Shown in pieces: positions 30,875 to 40,949 of a stretch of 42,528 bases of DNA. This DNA is from Arcobacter sp. GTDB taxonomy: Bacteria; Campylobacterota; Campylobacteria; Campylobacterales; Arcobacteraceae. Location: assembly GCA_965662175.1 (NCBI GenBank), contig CBFIGT010000008.1:1-42528 (forward strand), written 5' to 3'. The notes under the pieces were generated by a model, which ran no database searches, was not told where the DNA came from, and worked only from the letters and a program-made list of their open reading frames with translations. Every line of letters starts with the position of its first letter. Positions within the stretch are counted from its first letter, which is position 1. The position numbers were made by a program, and so were the translations under genes.

Positions 30875-31342
30875 ATGAATGTATATGAATATGCTATGAA
30901 AGTAGAAAAAGAGGGAGAAGCTTATTATCGTGAGATGGTAGCACAAGCCCAAAATCCAGGTTTAAAAAGAATTTTTACCATGTTAGCGGATGAAGAGGTA
31001 AAGCACTTTAACATCTTTAAAAATATGATGAAAAAAGAGAGTATTGATTTAGAAAAGTTAGATTTAATCACTGACACTAAAACAATTTTCCAAACTCTTT
31101 TACAAGAGAAAGATAATGTAAGCTTGGATAAAGACCAAATCCAATTTTATAAAGATGCAATAGCAAGAGAAGAGAGCTCTAAAAACTTTTATTCTGAAAA
31201 AGCACAAGAGTTAGAAGATGAGACTGAAAAAGCAATTTTTTTACAAATTGCCGAAGAAGAGGTAAAACATAAAAGAGTTTTAGAAGAAATAGTTATTTAC
31301 CTAGAAGAACCAGCTGATTGGGTATGTAGCGCAGAATTTTAA
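30875..31342 (+). CDS. Ferritin-like/rubrerythrin-family diiron protein (no rubredoxin domain)
   Basis: Two repeats of E...Y...EExxH (EKEGEAYY...DEEVKH; EESSKNFY...EEEVKH); AAGGGG RBS. Confidence 0.85.
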   Translation: MNVYEYAMKVEKEGEAYYREMVAQAQNPGLKRIFTMLADEEVKHFNIFKNMMKKESIDLEKLDLITDTKTIFQTLLQEKDNVSLDKDQIQFYKDAIAREESSKNFYSEKAQELEDETEKAIFLQIAEEEVKHKRVLEEIVIYLEEPADWVCSAEF

Positions 31343-31347
31343 TAAAT

Positions 31348-31373
31348 TAAGATAGCAAACTTTTGCTATCTTA
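31348..31373 (+). terminator. Hairpin after the ferritin-like gene
   Basis: TAAGATAGCAAA-ct-TTTGCTATCTTA. Confidence 0.6.
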
Positions 31374-31478
31374 TAAATAATTATTATATAAACTTTCTTA
31401 TTTTAATCTTACTTTAACACTATAAAATAATTATTGTTTTATGTTTATATTTGATATACTCTTTTCACAGGTGAGAAA

Positions 31479-33375
31479 ATGATATTTAAAAATGAAAAAC
31501 AAATCTTAAAAATAATAAGATATTCACCAATTATATTTGTTCTTCTATTCTCTACATTTGTAGTAATACTACAGTTTTATGAAAGAAACAATATATTTAA
31601 TAAAGAAAAAAATCGAATCCAAAATGAATTTTTAAATCAAAAAAAAGCTAACATCAAACAAAAAATTGATGAAGTTTATAGCTATATAGAAAAAGAAAAA
31701 AAGAAAACTGAACTAGAATTAAAAAACTCTCTTAACGAAGCTATCACAAATGCCTACGAAATAGCACAAAGCATTTATAACAATAATAAAACAATGAAAA
31801 AAGTTAATAATAGATGCCCTAAGAAATATTCGATTTAACAATGGTCGAGGTTACTATTTTATTTATGATAAAAGTGGCAAAAACCTCTTACTTCCTTATA
31901 GTGAAGAGTTTGAGGGTAAGAATTTTTATAATCATCAAGATAGTAAAGGAAAATTTATTGTAAGAGAGATGATTGAGGCACTTAAATCAAAAGATTTGTA
32001 TTTTTGTGAATGGTATTGGTTTAGTCCTAATCATAAAGAAGAGCAAAAAAGAAAAATTGGTTTAGTAAAAAACTTTGAGCCTTTTGATTGGTTTATAGGG
32101 ACAGGCGAATATATAGATGATTATGAAAAAGAGATACAAAAAAAGATTTTAGAGCATGTTAATGAAATAAGTTATGGCAAAAATGGCTATATATTTATAT
32201 TTTCATATGATGGAGTTTATTTAAGCCATATTAGAAAAAACTATATAGGTAAAAATGTAATTTCACAAAAAGATGCGACAAATATAAAAGATGTAATTGA
32301 AAACTTAATTAACTTAGCAAAAAGTGGAGAAGGTTTTTATTCCTACACTCAACTAAAAAAACCAGGAAGTGATTTAACAATTAATAAAACAAGCTTTGTA
32401 AAAGGTATTGCAGATTGGAAATGGGTAATTGGAACTGGATTTTATGAAGATGATATGAATGAAGTTATTAATACAAGAAAAAAAGAGCTAGATATACACT
32501 TTAGAAATAATATTCAAAAAACAATATATATATCAATTATTATAATTATAATACTTCTTATACTCTCTATTTATTTTTCTAAATTATTAGAAAATAAATT
32601 TGCCCAATATAAAAAAGAGATAAAATTTCATATATTAAAAAACTCAAAACAACAAGCAATAATGTCACAACAAGCAAAAATGGCTGCAATGGGTGAAATG
32701 ATAGGGAATATTGCACACCAATGGAGACAGCCTTTATCAGCTATTTCAACAACAGCTACTGGCTTAAAACTTCAAAAAGAGATGAATATCCTAGATGAAA
32801 ATTTTTTGCTAGATGGTTTGGAAAATATTAATAAACAATCCCAATACCTCTCTTCTACTATTGATGACTTTAGAAACTTTTTTACTATTAATAAGGAAAA
32901 AAATCAATTTAGTGTAAAAGACTCAATTGACAAAGCTATTGCTTTAGTTAGTGCAAAGTTTAAAAATAAAAATATAGTAATATTAGAGAATTTAGAAGAT
33001 ACAAAAATAAAAAACTTTGAAAACGAGTTTATTCAAGTTATTATAAATATACTAAATAATGCATGCGATGCACTAATAGAAAATAAATATATTAAAGAAA
33101 AAGTCATTTTCTTATCAACAAAAGTAGAAAAAAATAGTGTAAAAATAGAGATAAAAGATAATGCAGGAGGAATAAAAGATAATATTATAGATAGAATATT
33201 TGAACCATACTTTACAACAAAACATCAAAAACAAGGTACGGGAATAGGACTTTATATGAGTAGAGAAATTATTATGAAAAATATGGAGGGTAATATAAAA
33301 GTTACTAATGATAATTTTATTTATAATTATACTAATTATAAAGGTGCTAAATTTCAAATAACACTGCCTCTATAA
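31479..33375 (+). pseudogene. Tandem sCache_2 sensor histidine kinase, split by a frameshift at about 31797-31802
   Basis: ORF 31479-31838 encodes TM1 and the start of a Cache domain. The +1 frame opens at 31798 (KKLIIDALRNIRFNNGRGYYFIYD...) and runs into ORF 31969-33375 (WFIGTG, WVIGTG, TM2, IAHQWRQPL H-box, N/G1/F/G2 boxes). Confidence 0.8.
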
Positions 33376-33434
33376 ATATATCTAGAATTGAATAAATTTA
33401 TGTTACAATCATAGTTATTTTTTAAGGAGAATGT

Positions 33435-34226
33435 ATGATAAAAAAGTTCATTAAAACATTATTAGTTTTATTTATACTACAAAGCATCGCATATGCAAAT
33501 GAAGATAAGCTTGATATTATAAATAATACTAATAAACTAAAAGTATGTATTTGGACAGAGTATTATGGTATTTCTTATTTAGATCCAAGAACACAAACCT
33601 TAGTTGGAATTGATAGTGATTTGGCTAAAGAGTTAGCAAAAGATTTAAAAGTAGAATTAGAGTATGTTCCTAGCTCATTTGCTACACTTCTAAAAGATAT
33701 CAAAGAAGATAGATGTGATATTGCAATGTTTGCAATAGGAAATACAAAACAAAGAAGAGAGAAAATACGATTTACTACACCTCACTTATCAAGTGATATT
33801 TATGCAATTACAACAAAAACAAACAAAAAAATAAAAACATGGGAAGATATAGATAAAAAAGGTATAGTAGTTGCTGTTGCAAAAGGCACTTACCATGAGC
33901 CTGTTATGCGTGAAAAACTACAGAATGCAGAGTTACTAGTAGTAAATAGCTATCATGCGAGAGAACAAGAGGTTCAAGCAGGTAGAGCTGATGTTTTTAT
34001 GACTGACTATCCTTTTGGCAAAAGAATGTTAGCAAAAACTGATTGGGCTAAACTTATTATTCCAGAATCTACATATCATATGACACCATATGCATGGGCT
34101 ATGGCATATGGAAATGATAAATTTTATCAAAGAGTAGAAAAATTTATTGTAGATATTAAAAAAGATGGAAGATTACTTGATTTAGCAAATAAAAATGGAC
34201 TTGCACCAATCGCAAAACTAGATTAA
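33435..34226 (+). CDS. Family 3 (amino-acid-type) periplasmic solute-binding protein
   Basis: Signal peptide, LVGIDSDLAKELAKDL, DRCDIAM, FTTPH, GRADVFMTD; AAGGAG RBS; possible extended -10 TGTTACAAT at 33401. Confidence 0.85.
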   Translation: MIKKFIKTLLVLFILQSIAYANEDKLDIINNTNKLKVCIWTEYYGISYLDPRTQTLVGIDSDLAKELAKDLKVELEYVPSSFATLLKDIKEDRCDIAMFAIGNTKQRREKIRFTTPHLSSDIYAITTKTNKKIKTWEDIDKKGIVVAVAKGTYHEPVMREKLQNAELLVVNSYHAREQEVQAGRADVFMTDYPFGKRMLAKTDWAKLIIPESTYHMTPYAWAMAYGNDKFYQRVEKFIVDIKKDGRLLDLANKNGLAPIAKLD

Positions 34227-34230
34227 TATT

Positions 34231-36684
34231 ATGAAAAAAAAGAGTTTTAATGGCATTTTAAAAACAATAGTAATAGCATTTTTTATTGTTATTACTATGA
34301 TAGGGACAATAATCTCATCCCTATCTACTTTAAAAGAAGAGGCTGTTAAAACTCACCTAAAAATTGCAGAACTCCATGCAAAAACAATATCTGAACAAAT
34401 ATATCAGACATTTAATAATATTGATTTTTTACTAGATAACTTAGTAATTACAATAAAAAATAGAAATAACTCTAGTTATTTAGAAAAAAAATTCAATGAT
34501 ATACTAAGCACTTCACCTTATATTCGCTCAATAAATCTCTTGAATAGCAAAAAAATTGTTATTAATAGTTCTAATAAAATGAATAATGGACTCTATATTG
34601 AGGGAAATGATTTTTATCCAAAACCACTATTTGATAAATATATCTTAAGATTTGGTAATCCTTGGATTGGTAGAGACTTAGTTGAGGGAATTGAAGTTAC
34701 AAAAGCTGATTCTATTTCAGCTAGCTCTTCATCTTTTTTTCCAATATCAAAAATGCTCACTATAGATGGAGAGATTTTTTATATCTTAATTAATATAAAT
34801 AGTGATTACTTTATAAATAAATATGATGAAATATTAAAAGAAAAATTTGCAATATTTGATTTAATTAGAATAGATAAAATGCTTTTATTTTCATCTAATT
34901 TAAACCATATAATTGGTTCACATATAGGAAATGAAGAGCTCTTTAATAATCTATTAGAAAAAGCTAAATCAGTAGGAATAGAAACTATTAATGAAAATAA
35001 GTTTTTAAGTGCATATCAACTAACACCAAGTTATCCATTAGCAATAACAATAAAACTAAATTTTGAAAAAAGCCTAAAAGAGTGGGAAGAAAAAAGAAGT
35101 AATATAATCTCTATTATTAGTTCATTACTTTTTTTATTAGTTATTTTGGTTATTGTTTTAATTTTTAAACATAATAAAGAGAAAGAGAATGAAATTGAAT
35201 TTCATAAAAAAGAGATAGAAGCTAAAAAGAAATTTCAAACTCTTTTTGAACAAGGTATATTTTTAGTTGCAACGCTAAAATCTGATGGTTCTATACTAGA
35301 AATGAACAATTTAGCCAATGAATTTGTTGGTAAATTATCTACAAAACTAAATGATACAAAATTTTGGGAACTTCCTTGTTGGGATAATAAAAGTCAAACA
35401 TGGCTTAAAAAAGAGATACTACTTTATGAAAAAAATAGAAATATACATAAAGAGATAAATGTTAAAAATGCAAAAGGTGAACCTGCAATAATTGATTTTA
35501 TATTAACTTCAATCGAAATAGATGGAGAAATAGAATTAGTTGCTATTGGAATAGATATAACTAAAAAAAGAGAGAGTGAAGAGCAACTAAGACATGCATA
35601 TATTGTATTTCAAAATACACATGATGGTATTATGATTACAGATAAAGATGCAAACATAATAAATACAAATAAAGCTTTTACAAAATCTACTGCTTATGAA
35701 TTTGAAGATATCTATATGAAAAACCCAAGAATTCTAAGCTCAGGTTTACATGAAAAATCTTTTTATACTAATATGTGGGAAAAGCTACAAAAAGATGGCG
35801 TTTGGGAGGGTGAACTTATAAATAGAAGAAAAGATGGCACACTTTATAATGAGTGGCTAGCTATAAATGCTGTTTATGATTCAAACAATGAGATAAAAAA
35901 CTATATCGGAGTATTTTCTGATACAACAAAACAAAAAGAGCAAGAAAGAGTATTAAAAGAGCAAGAAAAACTAATTTATGAACAATCAAAACTAGCTGCA
36001 ATGGGAGAAATGATAGAGAATATTGCCCACCAATGGAGACAACCTTTATCTATAATCTCAACAGCTGTTACAGGAATGCAACTTCAAAAAGAGCTAAAAC
36101 TAAATAACTATGAAGATGAGATTAAGACACTAAAATCTATAAATAATACAGCACAATATCTCTCAAAAACTATTGATGACTTTAGAGATTTTTTAAAAAC
36201 TGATAAAATAAAATCTGAATTTAGTGTAAAAAAATCATTAGAAAAAAGTTTAAATCTAATAAGCTCAAAACTAAAAAATCAGAATATAAAAGTTATAAAA
36301 AATATTAAAGATATGAATGTTGAGGGAATAGAGAATGAACTTCTTCAAGTCTTTATGAATATTTTTAGTAATGCAAGAGATGCATTTGAGAATAGTGAAA
36401 TTAAAAATAAATATATATTTATTGATATTTATAAAGAAGAAAATAAAGTAATTATTCTGATAAAAGATAATGCAGGTGGAATTAAAGAGAATATTCTAAC
36501 AAGAATATTTGAACCATATTTTACAACAAAACACAAATCTCAAGGAACAGGTATAGGTTTATATATGAGCCAAGAGATTATAATAAATCATATGAATGGT
36601 GCAATAAGCTGTTATAATTCAAACTTTGAATATAATAATAAAACTTATAAAGGTGCAGCTTTTAAAATCAGCTTACCACTTTAA
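34231..36684 (+). CDS. Membrane sensor histidine kinase (periplasmic Cache-like domain, two PAS domains, HisKA, HATPase)
   Basis: Two TMs; PAS motifs (NPRILSSG...WEGELINRRKDG); IAHQWRQPL; DNAGGI; FEPYFTTK; GTGIGLY. Confidence 0.9.
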   Translation: MKKKSFNGILKTIVIAFFIVITMIGTIISSLSTLKEEAVKTHLKIAELHAKTISEQIYQTFNNIDFLLDNLVITIKNRNNSSYLEKKFNDILSTSPYIRSINLLNSKKIVINSSNKMNNGLYIEGNDFYPKPLFDKYILRFGNPWIGRDLVEGIEVTKADSISASSSSFFPISKMLTIDGEIFYILININSDYFINKYDEILKEKFAIFDLIRIDKMLLFSSNLNHIIGSHIGNEELFNNLLEKAKSVGIETINENKFLSAYQLTPSYPLAITIKLNFEKSLKEWEEKRSNIISIISSLLFLLVILVIVLIFKHNKEKENEIEFHKKEIEAKKKFQTLFEQGIFLVATLKSDGSILEMNNLANEFVGKLSTKLNDTKFWELPCWDNKSQTWLKKEILLYEKNRNIHKEINVKNAKGEPAIIDFILTSIEIDGEIELVAIGIDITKKRESEEQLRHAYIVFQNTHDGIMITDKDANIINTNKAFTKSTAYEFEDIYMKNPRILSSGLHEKSFYTNMWEKLQKDGVWEGELINRRKDGTLYNEWLAINAVYDSNNEIKNYIGVFSDTTKQKEQERVLKEQEKLIYEQSKLAAMGEMIENIAHQWRQPLSIISTAVTGMQLQKELKLNNYEDEIKTLKSINNTAQYLSKTIDDFRDFLKTDKIKSEFSVKKSLEKSLNLISSKLKNQNIKVIKNIKDMNVEGIENELLQVFMNIFSNARDAFENSEIKNKYIFIDIYKEENKVIILIKDNAGGIKENILTRIFEPYFTTKHKSQGTGIGLYMSQEIIINHMNGAISCYNSNFEYNNKTYKGAAFKISLPL

Positions 36685-36696
36685 AAAAGGAGATTT

Positions 36697-36957
36697 ATGA
36701 AAAAATATATACTTATCCTAAGTCTAATATTTATATCAACACAAGCCCAAGCTTTAAGCTGGTCACAACTAAAAAGTTGGGGAAATAAAACCCTAGAACC
36801 TGATGTAAAATATAACATAGAAACAGAAGGTTATAATGTAAGAGTTTATGAATTCACACCTTTAAGTGACCCAGGAAGTACTTGTGTTATGACATTTACA
36901 AATGAAAAAATGGGAATGTTTTGTTTTAATAAATCAAAAGAGGCTATTAGAAAATAG
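36697..36957 (+). CDS. Small secreted hypothetical protein
   Basis: Strong AAGGAG RBS; Sec signal ending AQA; mature part of about 67 aa with two Cys. Confidence 0.75.
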   Translation: MKKYILILSLIFISTQAQALSWSQLKSWGNKTLEPDVKYNIETEGYNVRVYEFTPLSDPGSTCVMTFTNEKMGMFCFNKSKEAIRK

Positions 36958-36963
36958 TCTCTT

Positions 36964-39447
36964 CTAGCTTGTTATCCCATCATTTATTTCATTAAGTTCA
37001 CTTCTTGAGATAATAGCATCATATCCACCAACATATTCACTTAATTTATCAAAATCACCTGCATAAGTTAAACTACCCTCTTCAAATCTTTTAAAAGCAA
37101 AAATAGCTGAATTCATAACTTGAGAGTTAAAAACACCTATCTCAGCTAAAAGCTCAAAATCATCTACTTTTAATCCTGTTACTTTGTTGAATAAATCAGG
37201 TTCAAGCTCTGTAATAACATCTTGTAAAGTCTCTTCTCTATTATCTGTTAAATACATAAAAACAGGAACTCTAGTAGCAAATTTTATAAGTTTTTCTCGA
37301 AGTAGTTTTTTAAATCCCTGATTCTCTTTTTTCTCCTCTTTCTCTTTTTTTTCTAATTCACCTTTCTCTTTTTTTGCCTTATTTAGTGCTTTTTCAGATG
37401 AAATCACTTTTTTTATATCTTTTGACAATCCCCTAAAAGCTTCAATATTTTCTAAAGCTTCTAATGCTTTTTGGCTATTTAATAGCTTTTCTAAAGTCAT
37501 ATTATCTACATTTACAAGTTGAGCACTTTGCCATCTTTTTGCTAACATTGTTGATGCTGTTCCTGAGGCTACTATATCAAGTAGTTCACCTGCATTTAAC
37601 TCTGTCATTGAATATCCATCATAACAAAGTACAGGAAGAAATTTGATAAACTCAGCAACTCTTTTTTCGGCTGTTTGAGTATCTTTTAAATCAAGTCTAG
37701 CACTATATTCACTAATAAGTTGTAAAGCCCTATTTGGTGCAAAATCAAACACATAACAAATAGGTTTTAATATCTCTACTTTATTTGGAGATTTTCCATC
37801 AATATTCTTTAGTGTCCAAGGTGTTTGAACTCTAAATGCTGCTTGAAAATAAGTTTCAGGGCTAGAGGTATTCCTAAGCATAAAAATACCACTCCAAGGC
37901 TTTACAGAAACTCCTGTTGTAAGTTTTCCACAAGATAAAGTAATTGTTTTTGTTTTAAGTGGATTTTTCATAGCTTTTTTTACAGGAGGTAAAGCTTTTT
38001 CACCTATTCCTGCACCATTTCCAGCTACTACAATAATCTCATAATCATGATAAAAAATATTAGCTGGTTTTTTAAGTAATTTTTCCATAGCAACACATGA
38101 AGCAACAGAAGGCATAAACCAAAAGGTATGAAGTAAACTATTTACTAATCTAATATCTTCAAAAGGAATAGGAGGTTTTACAGCATCATTTCCAGCAATT
38201 GGATTTTGACTTAAGTGTTGCCCTCTAATAAGATTTAACCACTTTTGAACCTCTTTTTCATATTTAAATTTATCATTTTCAGCTTTGAAAAACTCATTTA
38301 AATCAAACTCATTTGTTTCACCTTTCAGTGCTACTTCTCTTATCTCTTCAGGAATTTGATAAGTCATCAATGTCATTTGAGGTAGAGATTTATAAGGATT
38401 TTCACCTTCTATCTTTTCATTCCAACTATTTTTTTCTCTTTGTTCATCTGAATAAGTCCAATTAAATATTTGGTCTTCTAAAAATTCACCTGAACTAACA
38501 GCTCTAAATGGTGTTCCTGATAAATATAAAAATGAGTTTACACTCAAAGGAAAAACCTCTTCATTTAAATCATCTTCTAACTGTTTATCAACTTTTTTGA
38601 ACTCTTTTTCTTCACTAGGTTCGCTATCATACAAATCCCTTGCACTATCTCTCCACGAACCAAAATGATACTCATCTAAAATACAGCAATCCCAATCTAT
38701 AAGATGAGCAGCTTCTAGCCTCTCTTTTATTTTCCCATCTTTTGTTTTGCCTAAAATATCTTGAAAAGATGCAAACCATACAAAAGGTTTTGTTTCATCA
38801 ATATCATCAAAACTCTCACCACTTCCTATAAATTGCCAACCTTCAAAATCAACATGAGATTCTAAATCTTCTCTCCAAGCATTTTGTACAGCTGGTTTAT
38901 ATGTAAGTACTAAAAGTTTTGTCCAATTCATTTTAAGTGCTAACTGATAAGAGGTAAATGTTTTACCAAATCTCATTTTTGCATTCCATAAAAAGTGAGG
39001 TGTTTTTTGCTCTTTTTCTTTTGAGTATTTTTTAAAATACTCACTTGTAATATCTACAGCTCTTTTTTGTTCAGGTCTCATATTAAAAGTTGAAGCTCTT
39101 GTTTCAGTAGAATAACTTAAACTTTTAATCTCATTTATTACACTTTTTACATCTTCAACTTTACATTTAAACCATTCGCCATTGATTCTTTCAAAACCTT
39201 TTTTCTCTAATCTTTTATGAACTTCAAAGTCCTCAAAAAAGTTCCCATTTTTATCTATTGCTAACTCATCAAGTACTATTTTATAAGGATTTAAATGGGG
39301 ATTTTTTGTAGGAAACTGTTCTTGTATTCTTGTATTTACATCTCTTGTAGTGTAGCCGATTTTTAGATAATTTTTTGATTTAAATTCAGGTGTTGTATAA
39401 GCATAAATCTTTGGTTTTATGGGATTTGAAATATTCTCTTTTGCCAC
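36964..39447 (-). CDS. Restriction-type subunit: T5orf172/GIY-YIG-like nuclease fused to an SF2 (DExH) helicase/translocase
   Basis: N-terminal IYAY...LKIGYT...RI...GEWFKC; Walker A AKMRFGKT; DEYH; LSGTP; motif VI-like YFQAAFR. GTG start overlaps the upstream TAG; AAGGAG RBS. Confidence 0.82.
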   Translation of the reverse strand: MAKENISNPIKPKIYAYTTPEFKSKNYLKIGYTTRDVNTRIQEQFPTKNPHLNPYKIVLDELAIDKNGNFFEDFEVHKRLEKKGFERINGEWFKCKVEDVKSVINEIKSLSYSTETRASTFNMRPEQKRAVDITSEYFKKYSKEKEQKTPHFLWNAKMRFGKTFTSYQLALKMNWTKLLVLTYKPAVQNAWREDLESHVDFEGWQFIGSGESFDDIDETKPFVWFASFQDILGKTKDGKIKERLEAAHLIDWDCCILDEYHFGSWRDSARDLYDSEPSEEKEFKKVDKQLEDDLNEEVFPLSVNSFLYLSGTPFRAVSSGEFLEDQIFNWTYSDEQREKNSWNEKIEGENPYKSLPQMTLMTYQIPEEIREVALKGETNEFDLNEFFKAENDKFKYEKEVQKWLNLIRGQHLSQNPIAGNDAVKPPIPFEDIRLVNSLLHTFWFMPSVASCVAMEKLLKKPANIFYHDYEIIVVAGNGAGIGEKALPPVKKAMKNPLKTKTITLSCGKLTTGVSVKPWSGIFMLRNTSSPETYFQAAFRVQTPWTLKNIDGKSPNKVEILKPICYVFDFAPNRALQLISEYSARLDLKDTQTAEKRVAEFIKFLPVLCYDGYSMTELNAGELLDIVASGTASTMLAKRWQSAQLVNVDNMTLEKLLNSQKALEALENIEAFRGLSKDIKKVISSEKALNKAKKEKGELEKKEKEEKKENQGFKKLLREKLIKFATRVPVFMYLTDNREETLQDVITELEPDLFNKVTGLKVDDFELLAEIGVFNSQVMNSAIFAFKRFEEGSLTYAGDFDKLSEYVGGYDAIISRSELNEINDGITS

Positions 39448-40949
39448 TATTTCATCTCCTTAATCATACTTTCAATAAACTCTATCTCTTCTTTATTTAA
39501 ATCATATTTTTTATATAGTTTTTCATCTGTCCAAGTTATATTCATATCTAATTTTGGAACGAAAGAAAAAACAGATTTTGACATTTGTTGAGTAGGTTTT
39601 TTTAATGAAATTAAAAATCTTACAAATTTTGTTTTTAAATATTTTTGGAAATTCAAAGAATTTATTTCATCATCAAATAATCCACAGACTAAATATGTTT
39701 CAGTACAAGCACTTTTATTATCAACACAAATTGGTTTTCCAGTTACTTGAATTGGATATGCTCCTGAGCCATCACCAGCTCTTGGAGTTAAAACTTTAAA
39801 TTTATTTATCCATTCTATATTATTTAAAAGTTGCTCTTTTTTAACATATCCAATAAACTTATTACCATATAATTTTATAGAATTTTCAAATTCATTTTTT
39901 TTATAATCTTTAAAAAAACCTCTTAATCCAAATGGTTTATGAGAAGAGACTTGAGTATCCAAAGTAGCTTCATTTTTATCTTTTACTTTATTTAAAATAG
40001 ATATTGCTTCATTAAATCTAACAAAAACATCATTTTCATTTAAAGCTCTTTTCATAGATGGTAATGTTTCTCCATTGGATATTGTTTTAACATTACAATC
40101 ATCATTATGATTTTTATCCCATAAAAAGTAACAAACACCACCTTTAATCTCAACTCCAGGAAAACATTCACTAGCATTTGGATAATCAACAAGCTCTTTT
40201 ATTCTTCTATCATTTAACATCTCTTCTCTAAAACTATCAAGCCCTTTTCCACCTGCAAACCAACGACTTGGAATAATCATAGATAAATATTTTGGATTCA
40301 TAGCTTTTGCTTGTACTACAAACTTATGATAAAGTGGCGAAGCACTAGCTCCATGTCCACCATCATTTAGTTGATAAGGTGGATTTCCAATTATCACATC
40401 AAACTTCATATCTTTAAACTCCTCTTCTATCTCTTTATGTATAAATTTATATGCATGATTTTCTAAACTTTTATCATCAAATATACCTTTTATCACTCCA
40501 CAATAAATACATCTATTATCTTTATACTCATGTTTTGATGGTGAAAAAATTACATTTCCATTTTCTGTTTTCATTTGTACTACAGAGTATTTTGGATTTG
40601 TTGCATCTTTTGTATAGTATAAACTTCGTCTTGATATTAAAGAGGTTAATTCTGTAATAGCAACACCAAAAATCATATTTTTATAAATATGCTCTTTTCT
40701 TTTTTCTTCATCTTCTATTTTTTCTTTTAATCCTACAATTAGTCTTTTTGCAATTTCTCTCAAAAAAACTCCGGATTTACAAGATGGGTCTAAAAACTTT
40801 ATATTAGGATTTTCCCAAATATCCTTTGGCAATAAATCCAACATCTCATTTACTATTTTTGGTGGCGTAAATACTTCATCACTACTAAGATTTGAAAGAC
40901 AATCAAGTATATCAGGTGTATGCGTACCTGTGATATTATTAACAAGCAT
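39447..40949 (-). CDS. Eco57I/TaqI-like gamma-class N6-adenine DNA methyltransferase with a C-terminal target-recognition region
   Basis: EVFTP (motif X), FLDPSCKSGVF (I), GNPPY (IV), LY..F, IIPSRW. ATG at 40949 lies 7 nt after GGAG (alternative GTG at 40952). Confidence 0.88.
   Translation of the reverse strand: MLVNNITGTHTPDILDCLSNLSSDEVFTPPKIVNEMLDLLPKDIWENPNIKFLDPSCKSGVFLREIAKRLIVGLKEKIEDEEKRKEHIYKNMIFGVAITELTSLISRRSLYYTKDATNPKYSVVQMKTENGNVIFSPSKHEYKDNRCIYCGVIKGIFDDKSLENHAYKFIHKEIEEEFKDMKFDVIIGNPPYQLNDGGHGASASPLYHKFVVQAKAMNPKYLSMIIPSRWFAGGKGLDSFREEMLNDRRIKELVDYPNASECFPGVEIKGGVCYFLWDKNHNDDCNVKTISNGETLPSMKRALNENDVFVRFNEAISILNKVKDKNEATLDTQVSSHKPFGLRGFFKDYKKNEFENSIKLYGNKFIGYVKKEQLLNNIEWINKFKVLTPRAGDGSGAYPIQVTGKPICVDNKSACTETYLVCGLFDDEINSLNFQKYLKTKFVRFLISLKKPTQQMSKSVFSFVPKLDMNITWTDEKLYKKYDLNKEEIEFIESMIKEMK

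Noticed and set aside
32670..36600. Similar DNA segments in the two kinase genes (for example GAATATTTGAACCATAyTTTACAACAAAACA)
   Set aside because: Explained by conserved H, F and G boxes of paralogous kinases, not a repeat element.
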